A model generated the notes under the pieces. The model searched no databases, was not told the origin of the DNA, and was given only the letters and a program-made list of their open reading frames with translations. DNA of 64,000 nucleotides from Octopus vulgaris (lineage: Eukaryota): positions 62,124,001 to 62,188,000 of the forward strand of contig OX597818.1 of NCBI GenBank assembly GCA_951406725.2, in the 5' to 3' direction. The position numbers and the translations under genes were made by a program. Positions 41,567-55,587 of this stretch are shown here, in pieces (positions within the stretch are counted from its first letter, which is position 1; each line of letters opens with the position of its first letter).

Positions 41567-43116
41567 AAAAAGTTTTAACTAGATTTCTTGTCATTTTTGG
41601 AAGAGATTTGAAATCCCCACCTATGTGTTGTATTACTTCTCAACACCCAGGCCTAATGGGCCACCAAAGCAGCAAAGAAGGCTGCGAAACCAGTGTCGAT
41701 ATATCGATGTGAACTGGTCACACACACACACCTACACACTCACACACACACATAGAAACACACACACACGCACACAAGCACAAGCACAAGCACACACGCA
41801 CAAACACACACACACACGCACACGCATACACACACAAACATCTGTGTGTGCGTGTACATTCTACTTCAAAACTGCCATGTTAACAGACGTCTAAAATTCG
41901 GTATCACACACGTTTCTCTTTTTATTACTTCTCTCAATCTCATTTTCCCCCCTCCGTTAAAAAATGTATACCCGGAGCATCAGATTCTCTTCTCTTTCTC
42001 CCTGGGGCTCATAAATCTTCATTCCACACTGCTTTGATTTTTGCTTTTTCGCCTTGTATTTGTACGTTATTTTAGTCTCATGCGTTTACTTGTCTGTTTC
42101 CGTGTATTATTTGTTTTCTCGTATCCTATATCGATCATAATGTTTCATGTGTTATTCGTGCGATTTCTTTTTACATATATCCTCCTACATTTTGAAGTAT
42201 ATCTTCAAGTTCCAGAAGTTTAAATCTAATTAAGACCTATTTTTCTGTGTATATTTCTTTGTTGTGTTGTTATGTGCTGAAACATAATACCAGATATGGC
42301 TGCTTTGTAAACCAGGTACAATATTCTAACTGCCAAATACCACAATTCATAAAAGTTCTTCTTAGCTGGTTTGAACAAGCTTCGAAGACTATCGAACATT
42401 GATACCGGTAACTTTGCACTCAATTCCGTACCTCTTGTAGACAATAGTAGAAGAATTGTAAGTTTTCTCTTCTCGCGAAATATTTGAGCATGTGACCATA
42501 CTTAACCAATGAGAAACAACTAGATTTAGAACTAATTTACAGCTTTTCAAATTAATTGAGAATTAGGTGTTTTAATATTTTAAATTGCTTAAATAAAATA
42601 AGCCAGCCCTTCAAGGTAAGCGATTGTAGAGTATGGATGGACAAATTTCAGTGCAAACGCTAGTGATAGAACGCAGCGGCAGCAGATAGAATAAGAATAA
42701 GAATAAGAATAATAATAAGAAGAATAAGAAGAAGAAGAAGAAGAAGAACAACAACAACAACAACATCAATAATAATAATAGAAACAACAACAGCATAGTC
42801 AATAACAATAAAACAAGAGCAACGATTAAAAAAAAAGCAACAACTCTGATGACCACAACATGGAGGAATAGACTTGACCAAGATAAATATGATTATTTCT
42901 GTTGTTGTTGTTGTTGTTGTTGTTGTTGTAGCTTAGCCTCAGGTCAGTGCGGATGAAGCAGATTTATGATCAAAGGGCGTTTCGCTAATGACCGACCTAA
43001 CTTTTTTTTTTCAGACACGGTGTCTTTAAGGAACACAACGTATTTAGGGAGTTAGGACGGCGACAACGATGACAGCGGCGGCGACGTCGATGGTGAGGTT
43101 GATGATGATGATGATA

Positions 43117-43155
<39 letters not shown>

Positions 43156-43197
43156 TTGATGGTGATGCTGGTACTGATAATAATGGTGATGGCGATT

Positions 43198-43660
43198 AAA
43201 GACTTGTCTCTACTTCCTAGAACGAAGGAGAGATATGTAGTGATAAACATCTAGAAAATCTTCGAAGGACTTGTATCAAACTTTAACATTAAAAGTTACA
43301 CACCAGAACGGGACACCACTGCATAGTGCTAAATATCCCAAATCGCCATCAATATACAGGGAAGACGTTGCAACAGCCTGGGATTCGAGGGCCCATAGTT
43401 CTCTTCAAAATCCTTCCAAAAAGCCTTAGAGAGCAGCATGGTGTGCTTTGAAACGAAACTGGATCTCTTCCTGTCATGAGTTTCATATGAACCTACCTCG
43501 CGGCTGGAAACATACGACGTCAGTACCATCAAACTCATTCATCAAATGCCACATATCAGAAGTTTTAAGTAGTGGAGGTGTAGCAAAGCTAACGCCGATG
43601 CCCCAGCATGGTCGTAGCACTCAAGCTGAAGCTAGTTAAAAAGTGAAGCTAGTTAAATAA
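43198..43660 (+). mobile_element. Decayed 3' end of CR1/L2-like LINE
   Basis: Homologous to 55126-55580 (AAACTGGATCTCTTCCTGTCA; CCCCAGCATGG tail). Confidence 0.75.
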
Positions 43661-44177
43661 ATGGTCGTCTGTTGATCCTCTAAAATTTATCCACATTCCA
43701 TTGATATTATTTTCTCATCCTGTAGGATGTCCAAAATCACCTTCCTCAACAGATAAACTTGGTGGTATTACCTGTTTAATCACTAACAAGAATAGGTAAC
43801 AGAATCTATTGTGCTATATACTAAGAGTAGCGGTCACAAGCGATTTGATACGCACACACACGCTCTCACATTCACTCGCGCACACACATATACATAAACT
43901 TACATACAAACAAATATGTGTGTATGTGTATGCACGCATATGCATATGTATATATGTATATGTATATTGTTGTAATGTATATATATATATGCATTCATAT
44001 ATATATATACATGCATATATATACATATACATATACGTACATACATATATATATATGTATATGTATATTGTAATGTATATATATATATATATATGCATTC
44101 ATATATATATATATACATGCATATATATACATATACATATACGTACATACACATATATATATATACACATGTACATG

Positions 44178-44215
<38 letters not shown>

Positions 44216-44309
44216 TCTCTCTCTCTATATATATATATATATACTTTGATACTTTGATAGGTTTCGGCCATTATTGGCCCAGGCCATGTCGAACTTAATA
44301 GCACCACCT

Positions 44310-44347
<38 letters not shown>

Positions 44348-44408
44348 AATATACATGTATATTTAAATATATACATATATAAATGCGGGCAGGACGTATA
44401 TATATATG

Positions 44409-44470
<62 letters not shown>

Positions 44471-44487
44471 TATACATACCTATATAT

Positions 44488-44546
<59 letters not shown>

Positions 44547-45227
44547 ATGTATGTATATATGTATGTATATTTGTATAAATTGCATAGGCACGGTGCCATA
44601 AATTGATAAGTGTACGTCACATTCGAGGAAATGAGAAATGGAACGTTGGTGTATAATTTAAGATTTTAATTATCAACGCTGAACCGATGTAAGTCAAAGT
44701 CAATTACAGTCGGATTTAAAACCAGAAAATAAACAGATGTCAAAATATAAATTTCATACGATGCCCAACCATCTTTTCTATGCGAAGACACCGAATAAAG
44801 AATTGTAATCTAGACACAAGAACACTCATGTTCGTTGAGAGGATATATTCCTTGATTCTCGTGTTATCAATAGTGAAGTTCCTCCTGGTGGAATCTTATC
44901 TTAGAAAGTAAGAGGACCCTTCTAATTGCGCTCGATTTACGGAACTCGTGAGCCTTGATTTGCAGTCTGTCTATGAGAAAGAACACTCTGATTTAAAACT
45001 GGGGTAGTTAGGACTCCCTAGTTGCAGTGGTGACAACCTGTGAGTGTCCAACGGCTCCATACCTGAGATGAAGAGGAATGAACCGCTAATCGGGACTTAA
45101 TTCCGGAGCAATATTTGGATGAAGTGAGAAATCTGATCATGGACCCAACACGCAGAAATGCCAAAGGGAATAGGTCGAACTTATGGATAGTCTTAGTTGA
45201 CAACCTAACTAAAGATGGTATCTCGCT

Positions 45228-45458
45228 AAAAATACCTATTTCTTTATTACCCACAAGGGGCTAAACATCGAGAGGACAAACAAGGACAGACATAGGTATT
45301 AAGTCGATTACATCAACCCCAGTGCGTAACTGGTACTTAATTTATCGACCCCGAAAGGATGAAAGGCAAAGTCGACCTCGGCGGAATTTGAACTCACAAC
45401 GCAGACGAAATACCGCTAAGCATTTCGCCCGGCGTGCTAACGTTTCTGCCAGCTCTCC
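45228..45458 (-). mobile_element. SINE D
   Basis: Reverse-complement head, core and tail. Confidence 0.85.
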
Positions 45459-45489
45459 GGTTGGTGGCTAACCTTAAAATAAAAACCTC

Positions 45490-46551
45490 ATCGCTGAGTG
45501 AAAATATCTAATACAAGTGTATCAAATAACGATGTTAATAAGGCTGAAACCACAGGTGAAAGCCTTTCGCCCGTCGGGACACCTGTGGTTGAGAATCGCA
45601 GGCCCGGCCGTCTCCAGAGACCGCTTTTACACAAAGACAGGAGCTGAGAAGTAGGTGGGATAAGGAGGTAAACCGAACGGTGATCGAATGCTAGATCAGG
45701 GGTGAACCCAGTAGAAGGGGATATCGACAATGAATGAATACAAAATAGAATGAAATAGGACTCTTTGAAGTAAGTGAGCAACGATTAACCGCCCAGGCAT
45801 GAGCAATAAGGACAAAAAAGGTGGTTAACAAATATGGAAATTGAAGAGAGAAAAAGGAAAGTAGAAAATAGAAATAATACTTCACCAACAGATACTTTGT
45901 CTAGTGAGAACAGAACAATGAATGGCGGTAATGAAGACGTCGAGCAAAGTGTAAATGTAAATTCATTCTCAACAAATGAAGCAGAATTAAAAGAAGAGAT
46001 ATAACACAAGAACACGATGATGACCAACAAAGTATACTGAGGATGCTGTACCGATATATTAGAGAAGACCAGGATCTAATACCCAGCAGTCTGAGGTACT
46101 TTGATCGACACAGTCTCAAAGTTGAAACCGAAAAGATAGAGTCGGTCCTTGGTTTATTCCAGACGAGAAATATAACTGAAACTAACAAGATTATTTGGGC
46201 TGCAGCTGTGGTTGCTGCAGACAGAGCTATGTACAGATGAAGAGAACAAATAGAACGTAAAGAACTATTGTAGTGTAGACAAAGTTGTGAGAAACAAAGT
46301 TAAAAAGACATTTAGGACAAGTTGATAGATTGAGAAGAGGGGAACTGCAGAACGAGAGCATAAGAATAATTCTGGGAAGAACATGTAGAATAAGGGATAA
46401 GGGTTATGATGTAATATTGGAAGAATTGAAAGAAAGAGTAGGAGCAATCAAAGCAAAACTGGAAAGATATGACAACAGAAAAAGACAGTTCAGGAAAAAC
46501 AGATTGTTTGAAGCAAATCAGAAGAAACTGCTTCAGGGAGTAGATAGGTAA
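45490..46551 (+). pseudogene. R4/Dong-clade non-LTR retrotransposon N-terminal fragment
   Basis: QRLTAQA*AIRTKRWLTNMEIEE; TRNITETNKIIWAAAVV; EELKERVGAIKAKLERYDNRKRQFRKNRLFEANQKK. Confidence 0.75.
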
Positions 46552-46576
46552 TAATTACACGTGACTGTGATACCAG

Positions 46577-47142
46577 GAACATTTGATGCTCGGTTAATGC
46601 GTGTGGTACCCACTTGTCCAGCTTCTTGAATTTGCTGATTTGTTTCGGGTGGTCCAATTCAGTTGCATTCAAAGCATCAAACCTTGCTACTAACCCACGC
46701 GTAGTTTGAGATGTATCAGCTTACACTACAGTTTCTAGCTCATCGTTATCCACTTTGGTCTCAGGTCTACCATGGGGCTGGTTTTCAAAAGGAAAGTCAC
46801 CAGACCGGAACTTCTCACACCATTGGCGTACAGTGCACTCATTTGCCACATCTTCACCAAACACCTCATTGAGGTTTCAAGCTGTCTGAAATGCATTGGT
46901 TCCACGACGGAACTCTCATTCATAAACAACACAAATTTTTTTATCTATCGATGGGTTCACAAAAAACGATTTACGAGAGACAACTCACAATATAATCAGA
47001 CATCATGAATTGCATTTCGAAAAGTGATGATGTAAATCTTCAATGTTGTAAAACAAAAAAACTATCAGGATAAAATATTATAGTTAACGACTGTCAAATT
47101 CGGTGCATAAGTAAATCAGACATTTCCTTCTTAATGAGCTGA
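46577..47142 (-). mobile_element. Mariner 5' fragment
   Basis: KLDKWVPHALTEHQ (WVPHEL motif); TA plus TIR-like end at 47142. Confidence 0.85.
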
Positions 47143-47156
47143 TATGTATACATATA

Positions 47157-48810
47157 CAGGGTGTGGTAGTAAATAAACTGTCGTCTAAATTACGCAAAAA
47201 TGAAAAGAACACTGACATCTCATTTTAGCAGATATCTTTATATCTTTATATATAAAAGAGAGGTTGTGTGTCTGTCTCCTACGATTTAGATTCCTAACTA
47301 CTCCCACATTTTGCGGTGCAGTTTAACCAAATTCGGGTATCTTATAGTCGTGATTCATATCGAGCCCGTCTGAGTATTAGCGCGTGTCTACGATGAGTCT
47401 ACGATTTTAAAAATAATTTAATATCATTTTTTATTCCATTTTAATGCATAATTTTTCGTGTGTCGATGGTGGCGGAGTTGGCGTCCATGGTCACACCTGC
47501 ACCTGTTTGCTTCTCCCCCTTCTTCCCTCCCTCGTGAAGCTGTGGGGAAGGGAGTGTAAGGAAAACAACGTCGTAAAGCGTTGTCAAGGAGACCAGCGTT
47601 CTTTTAGAACAACGACTTCATGGCTTGAAGAAACCAAAACAGAAATGGCTAAGAAAGCCCGAATTGGCATCTATAAGGGAAGTAACTCTCTAAAAATGCT
47701 TATATAGTTTTTTCCCCTTACAAACCCGAGCAACGCCGGGCGATACTGCTAGTTATATATAAAAGTAAGGTTGTGTGTCTGTCTCCTACGAATTAGATTC
47801 CTAACTACTCCCACATTTTGTGGTGCAGTTTAACCAAAACCGGGTATCTTATAGTCGTGATTTATATCGAGCCCTTCTGGGTATTAGCGCGCGTCTACGA
47901 TGAGTCTACGATTTAAAAAAAAATCTACCATCATTTTTTTCCATTTTAATGCATTTTTTTCGCTATTATATAAGGGAAGTAACTCTCTAAAAATGTCTAC
48001 GATGAGTCAACGATTTAAAAAATTTACCATCATTTTCTTTTCCATTTTTAATGCATTTTTGCTATTTTTTGGCTATAACTCTCTAAAAATGCTTATATAG
48101 TTATTTCCCTTACAAACCCGAGCAACACCGGGCAATACTGCTAGTATTTACTAAAATTACATAAATATATCTTGAAATACTAAAGAGTAAATTTATTTAA
48201 TAAAATCGTATTGGGTTCAACCACAGTCTTGTTTAAGTTGGTGAATGCGGCCATAATCCTTGCTTTGACTTCATCTTTGGTGTTATTAGGAGTTTTGTTG
48301 GCTTCTTGCTCAACAGCGCCCCACACATAATAATCAAGGGGGTTACAGTCAGGGAAGTTAAGTAGACAGATGCTAGAGGTGATGTGGTCTCTTGCTTGTG
48401 TGGCATGGTGCAGAGTCATGCTGCCAGACTTAGGGTCTTCCAGCAGCCATCTTCCTGACCCAGGGCAGCACTACCGCCTTCATCCAGTTGACGCAGACCT
48501 CTGTGTTGAGTCTGAATGGAGTCATAACGTCACCACCACTAGTGATCACTCGAAACAACATGATCTATCAGTCTCGGTACATGCACTGTCCTCATATTGA
48601 CACCCAAACATTCTGAAATGTTCTTATTGGAGCTTCCGGCGCGAATGCCAAGCAGTACAGCATGTCGTTCCCAAATTTCTAGCAGAGTGAATTGTGTCAT
48701 GTTGCTGCTTTTCTTACAGACGGTGCTCAACTGGCCCTACTATACTGAGTAGTCGACAAATTAAAAAAAACAACTATTCCCATGCGTGAAATAGTACCCA
48801 TCACACTCTG
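47157..48810 (-). mobile_element. Deleted Tc1/mariner-superfamily (maT-like) element
   Basis: TA-CAG(G/A)GTGTG termini; PDCNPLDYYVWGAVE motif; interrupted by a Helitron. Confidence 0.8.
47243..48144 (+). mobile_element. Head-to-tail dimer of non-autonomous Helitron
   Basis: A|TCTTTATATATAAAAG start; CCCGAGCAACGCCGGG hairpin plus CTAG|T at 47752 and 48144. Confidence 0.85.
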
Positions 48811-48811
48811 T

Positions 48812-48866
<55 letters not shown>

Positions 48867-48899
48867 TACACACATATACATATATATATATATATATAT

Positions 48900-48942
<43 letters not shown>

Positions 48943-48964
48943 AACACATATATGATGCATATGT

Positions 48965-49460
48965 GTCTTTGTGTCTGTGTTAGTTGCCTACTACCATTTG
49001 ACGACCGGTGTTGGTGTGGTTATATCTCCATAACTTAGGACTGGGGCCAATTCACTCGACTAAGTAATTTACAGGGCTGTGCCCCAGCATGGCAATAAAA
49101 GTACTTGCTTCAGGCACTAGACCGCGCCCTTGCTGGGGCAAAACCCTGCAAATTCTTTAGTCGAGTGAATCGGCCCCCAGTCCTCATTTTAAGCCTGCTA
49201 CTTATTTTATCGGTCTCTTTTGCCGAACCGCTAAGTTACGGGGACGTACACATACCAACACCGGTTGTCAAGCGGTGGTGGTGGACCAACGCAGACACAA
49301 AGATACACATACACACGCATACATATTTATGACTAGCTTCTTTTAGGCACCGTTCACAACATCGACTCTCAAGGGTTTGGCTGACCCGCGGCTATAGTAG
49401 AAGACACTCCATCAAGGTGCCACGCATTGGGATTGAACCCGGAACCACACGTCCATACCT
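48965..49460. mobile_element. Two decayed SINE B copies, tail to tail
   Basis: GCCCCAGCATGG tail on + strand and GCTGGGGC tail on - strand. Confidence 0.65.
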
Positions 49461-49479
49461 GTCCCTATCAATGTGAGTG

Positions 49480-49511
<32 letters not shown>

Positions 49512-49594
49512 ACAAAGTGAAGTTGTAAGATACCGCACGAGTGGAAATATATATGACTATCACGCGAGTAGTAAAATTGCATTTTCAAACCTTC

Positions 49595-49644
<50 letters not shown>

Positions 49645-49647
49645 GTA

Positions 49648-49678
<31 letters not shown>

Positions 49679-50220
49679 TATATATATATATATATATATA
49701 TGTATGTTTGTATGTGTGTGTGCGTGTATAGATATGTACATACACACAAATCTGCGCGTGTATGTGTGCATATATATATGTATGTTTGTATGTGTGTGTG
49801 TATGTTTGTATGTGTATGAGTATATATAGATATGTACACACGCACAAATCTCTGTGTGTGTATGTGTGCGCGCGCGTGTGTGTGTGTGTGTCTGTTTGTA
49901 AATATATATATGTATGTGTATGTATGTGGCTGGAAGGTTTTTTGACCTGAACGTATTACTGATAAGAATATTACCAATTCACTGGGAAAGAAATTTTGAA
50001 ATGGAACTGCGAATCACCAAAGTTAATACAATTTATTGAATAGAATATAATTCTGGCGCTGCCAACGCCAATGTTCTAATTTTCTGATATATATTAAAAT
50101 ATTGAAAGTATAAACAGAGATATTTTTCTCCAGGCATAAAAAAAAAATTGTATATATGTGTGTATGTGACATAGCCACGTATAAATACGCTTGTATTGAA
50201 GTATGTATATGTATGCACCG

Positions 50221-50284
<64 letters not shown>

Positions 50285-50517
50285 GCATGTATATGTGTAT
50301 ATGTGCGTGTGTATGTATATGTGTATATGTATGTATACTTGTGTGAGCTTACATCCGTGTGTGTATGTGTGTGTGATACATAGAGAAATAATTCAAAATG
50401 TTAAACATCAATAACCACACATACACACACACACACACACATTCACGTGCACATAAACACACACACATACATATACGCACACTCATATGTCTATACACAC
50501 ACCACTCATACACACAC

Positions 50518-50578
<61 letters not shown>

Positions 50579-52110
50579 TGTGTGTGTGTGTGTGTGTATG
50601 TGTGTGTGTGTGTGTATACACATATCGACGTACACACTCACAGAGCCATACACACAAGCACACTCACACACATATTTGTATATATTGACAATTCTTGCAA
50701 GATTTATTTCTAAATAATATTATATTTAATGTTTCAAAAAATAAAAAAAGAAAAAAAAGAAAAAAAAGAAAATAAAAGAAAAACACACACAAAAATCTGA
50801 TATTAATATTTTTTTCTATCTCTGATTATTTATAATTTTATGTGTTGCAACTCATTGAATTGAAACCACTAAGGAAAACAGGCTTCTTGGAAATACATAA
50901 ATTTTCTCACCCACTTCAATATTTTTGGTAAAGATTTGACTTTTTTTTCACTCATTCTTATTTTTTACTCTGTTTATCTTTCTTTTTGTTTCGTATTCCA
51001 TGGATGTACACTTGCATAACATATGTTATTCTTGTAAAAAATAAAATAAGAATAATATACGAATATACAAATATGATTGTCTTCTGGGATATTATAAGAA
51101 TTATCTTTAATTTTCTGAGCTTGGCCCTCAAACACGAAGACAGGACGCCAGTTCTTGAAATTATTTTTTATTCATAGTTATATATTTTGATCTTGAGAAA
51201 TTTTAATGTCATACGAATCAACCGTTATTTATTTGATTATATATATCTCAATATTGGTTTCTTTTAATTAAACACAAAAATTCCCTGTACCCTGGAGTTG
51301 ATGGTCTGCTGTGGTCCCTATGCATTTCCTTCTCAAATGAAATATTTTCAGCCAAGAATGGAAATTACATCATGGACGCAGGCGATTGGGAACAATGTCG
51401 TAAAAATTTAGTTAGTATTGGTACGAGAATCCTTATGATTTCTTAGATAAGAACAACAGTATAAATTCTTTGAAAATAATAGCACAACCAACATTGACGA
51501 TCTTTCGTGCCCTTATGAAATATTATCTGCGACGCGAACGTTTTCAGTCAGCTTTTTTTGCCAGGAGGACATTCACGCAGGTTATGAAAAACATAAGAAA
51601 TACAAACAATTGTTTGATTCAATGTTTGTATACAGTTGTCGTCCATGTAATTATAACTAACCAATCAGCGAACAGTAGTTTATATGTTGTGTAACGTTTA
51701 TCATTGGCAACTAGCTTTTCTTCTCATTTTTCATCCTGCCGGGGTCACCAATGTAGTGTATCTCAAGAATTGCACGTCATTGCTGGTGTTTCTGTTTCGT
51801 ATTAAGTGTATTTAGTTTAATACGGATTTTATGACGGTCTTGGTAACGTTAGAGGAGACGAATGACTCGATAGATAATAAAATTGTTTGGGAATCAAACA
51901 TCCTTGATTGAGTAGATTTATGATAAAAAGCGTTCAACATTGATGATAGCGTCTGTTTTTCATATATATAGAATCTAGGAATAGACATAGTGGTTAGGAT
52001 AATTGGATAGGCATTATATAATTGTAGGTTCGATTCCTGCCAGGAATAGAACCTAGAATTTATACATTTAAGCAGGCTACTCAGTTACAAACCCTTCTCA
52101 ACGGCGTATA

Positions 52111-52178
<68 letters not shown>

Positions 52179-52184
52179 CACACC

Positions 52185-52325
52185 AGGGCACATAAATGCG
52201 AAACAAGGAGAAAAAAGTACATGAATACCAGAGGCAGAGTTATATGCTTTATCAAAAAGCAGCAAAATATTACAAAAGCTGTTACTCCGAGTTTCACGTT
52301 CCCGTTCGTCGGACAGTTTTGTTTA
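52185..52325 (-). mobile_element. Penelope-like mini-element with hammerhead variant (52274-52320)
   Basis: AAAACTGT-CCGACGA-ACG-GGAA-CGT-GAAA-CT-CGG-AG-TA-ACAGCTTTT; between (TA)n tracts. Confidence 0.7.
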
Positions 52326-53877
52326 GATATATAAATACATATATATATATGTATTTATACATATGTATATGTTTGTGTGTGTGTGTGTGTGTGTCAGTGT
52401 GTACCTGCGTTTGTCTCACACCACTGCACCGCTCGATAATTTGTGTTGGCATGTTTACGTTCCGCGTAACTTAACACTTCAGCAAAGGAGACCGATTGAG
52501 TAAGTACCAAGATTAAAGAAATAACTATCGGAATCGATTTGTTCAACTAAACCTTTCAAGAGGGTTTCTTAACATATCCGCGGTCCAACGCTTGCAGGTG
52601 AGCCTTAATCATACAGATCTAAGACCAAAACCATTCTACTTGAGGCCATCATTTATGTAGTGAGGGTGAGGGGCTAGGAACGTGGCCTGGATACCAAAGG
52701 GGGCAGCAGCCCGAAATATTTTCAGGCTGCTGCTCCGAAATATTTTCAATGCCGCTCTAGATCTTTCCACCGCCCCCAGGTGGGCGGGGGCAATACCACC
52801 CATTTTGGAAACTACAAAGTATCTGCTCCTTATCAAGATATTTGGGTGCGATTTGGTTGCCATTACCAGCAGCCTGAAAAACCACGAAGCCTCGTTAACT
52901 AGTTCATGATCTCACCCACACAGACACAGACACACAGACACACACACAGACATACACACACACACACACACACAGACGCACACACCTATGGCTGTGTAAG
53001 TCGCATACGCACGTGCACATGACGGGAAGCCGTTTTGTATATGAGTGCATGTGTCTCTTCAGCATAGATTTGTCTCTTCTGATGCGTACACTAATAACAG
53101 AATGATGAACGATTTTTTTTACGAGCGAGAATCGGAAGTCGTTAAGAATCCGAGTTTCTTGACACAAGACATACATTAGGAATCAACTGAAAAGATGACT
53201 CATGCTTTTCAAAGACTTTATCAAAAAAAATAAAAAGTTCAAAGAAAAAAAAATTAGCTGATACATCAAAAGAATGCTTGCTGCAACGAATTCAATCATT
53301 CTTGTGTGAAATGATACGATCTCATCGTTGTACATCTTGAAATTACTGGTCATTTTTCCAGCTAGTTTAATGCTTTAGTAACAAGTTATTTTATCCTCTT
53401 TTATTTTGTATTAAAAAAATAAGATTAAAAATTATTTTGCTGTTATTAAGGTGGAGTAAAGGAAGGTCATTACTTTCTCATCGAACTTTCGACGTGGCAC
53501 AAATCAGACGACACTTCAAGAAAGAGCCTGGAGAAAAAATAACTCAGGTGATTGTTTTGTGTACGCAGTATTCACATGAGCTACGTCCCTCAAATCAGTA
53601 ATATAGCGATGAAAAGAAAGCTCCGTTAAGTGAAGCTATCCATGTCATTAGCAGAGGAAAACTTCCTTTAAGGTTGTTTAGCTTCTAAAAGTGAAGAAGT
53701 GAGGTAATTTTAATTATGTTAGCTAGTGAAGCAAAGTATTTAGAAAAACAAACCCGATGTAGACGGATTTATGTTTCGTCTTTAAAAGCATCTGCAGAAA
53801 ATAACGGGGATTTTTCGGTTTTATTAGACCTTCTCAGTAAAACATATTCTACTCAGTTGTCAAGAGTAATATATATG

Positions 53878-53908
<31 letters not shown>

Positions 53909-54048
53909 TTTAAGGATTTAAGGATATATAAACCCCACTAGATGTGATATGATATATATGTAAAAAATGTAATATATAAATAAATATAAACCATCCGATC
54001 TTCTGATTACCTCATTTCTTCTAATACATATATATATATATATATAGT

Positions 54049-54363
54049 AAATAGTAAAAAGTGAAAAAACTACAGAAGGCTTGTTTTAAAAGGTTAAAAA
54101 ATATATTTGAGTCATTATGTCAGAAGAATGTTATAAAATTTTTTCATACAGTGACATAGTTTTTGAAGAAGTTACCGGTTTCGTGTTAACTTTTCAAATT
54201 TCTCAAAACGTTAAACACGAAGTTAACACGAAACCGGTAATTTCTTCAAAAACTATGTCACTGTATGAAAACATTTTATAACATTCTTCTGACATAATGA
54301 CTCAAATATATTTTTTAACCTTTTAAAACAAGCCTTCTGTAGTTTTTTCACTTTTTACTATTT
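54049..54363. repeat. 144-bp inverted repeat (2 mismatches, 27-bp spacer)
   Basis: Arms 54049-54192 and 54220-54363; inner ends GTTAACAC-GAAA-CCGG-TA. Confidence 0.95.
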
Positions 54364-54408
54364 TCAATATATTCAACCACGTGCTTTCACACACCAACTT
54401 TCTCACCT

Positions 54409-54484
<76 letters not shown>

Positions 54485-54668
54485 TATATATATCAAAGTT
54501 TAATTTGACAACTCCACTACAATGGACGAAAGCGCTAATATATGATATATGATATATGATGTATAAAAACATGTAATATACAAATAAATATTTGTAAATA
54601 TAAAACCATCCGAATTTTTGAGTACCTCATTTCTTCTAATATAAAATACCTGTACATCATCTCCAAAC

Positions 54669-54699
<31 letters not shown>

Positions 54700-55125
54700 A
54701 AGTAAAAAGTAAAAGAGCTAAAAGGAAGAGTAAGTACAGTTGGGCAGGTTTTTAATCGCTACGAATACTTCGATACATATAGATCCTCGTATACACAAGA
54801 TTTAAAGTTAAGTTTAAATTAAATTATGTAACGATTTACCCGTATAAGAAGATATATATGCATCTCCTCAAGCGATACTCAGTTGCTGTCTCCGTAAAAA
54901 AATCTAGATTTCTCTGCTGCAACATCCATGGCTTCTTCTTTGAAACTAACAAACACTGACTTTTTACATTTTATTTTCACACATACCCAAAACTAGAATT
55001 GGTAGCATACCATAAGAATACTACCGGCTATTTGGGAATTCTAAGGGCGAACAAACTTTATTTGTTCTCTTATACGTTCTTAACAAAGAACACTTCAACT
55101 ATATATATATGTATATATATATATA

Positions 55126-55580
55126 AGATATGCCATAATATACATCTGGAAGATCCTGGAGGGACTTGTCCCAAACTTTGGCATCGAGAGTTACACAAAT
55201 GCCAGAACTGGGCGCCACAGCGTGGTGCCTAGGACTCCAAATTTGCCATCAAGATGTAGGACAAGATACTGTGATAGCCTGGGCTTCCAAGGCCCACAGC
55301 TCTTCAATATCCTCCCGAAGAACCTAAGGGACCTGCATGGGGTGGACGCAGATGTCTTTAAAATGAAACTGGATCTCTTCCTGTCAGGTATCCCAGATGA
55401 ACCAACTTCACGGCAGGAGGTGCAGATGAGGGCAGCTGCTTCGAACTCTCTCATGCACCAAATGGCAGTTGCTAAAAAGCTTTCGTGAAGTAAAACTGTG
55501 TAGCAACACCAAATGGCGGTGCCCCAGCATGGCCACAGCTCATGAGCTGAAACTGGAATCAATCAATCAATCAATCAATC
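55126..55580 (+). mobile_element. CR1/L2-like LINE 3' end, well preserved, with (AATC)n tail
   Basis: RYAIIYIWKILEGLVPN..GPQLFNILPKNLR..FKMKLDLFLSGIPDEP..RAAASNSL; 3' stem-loop. Confidence 0.85.
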
Positions 55581-55587
55581 ACATATA

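Noticed and set aside
44245-44310. GGCCA-ATAA-TGGCC-GAAAC as a hammerhead
   Set aside because: No core or stem III; better explained as a LINE/SINE 3' stem-loop with a (CAAAGTAT) tail.
44990-45110. HDV-like ribozyme upstream of the R4 fragment
   Set aside because: Could not build the nested pseudoknot by eye.
51343-51405. Small exon (TTTTCAG..KNGNYIMDAGDWEQC..GTAAAA)
   Set aside because: Weak donor site, no homology recognised and no partner exons.
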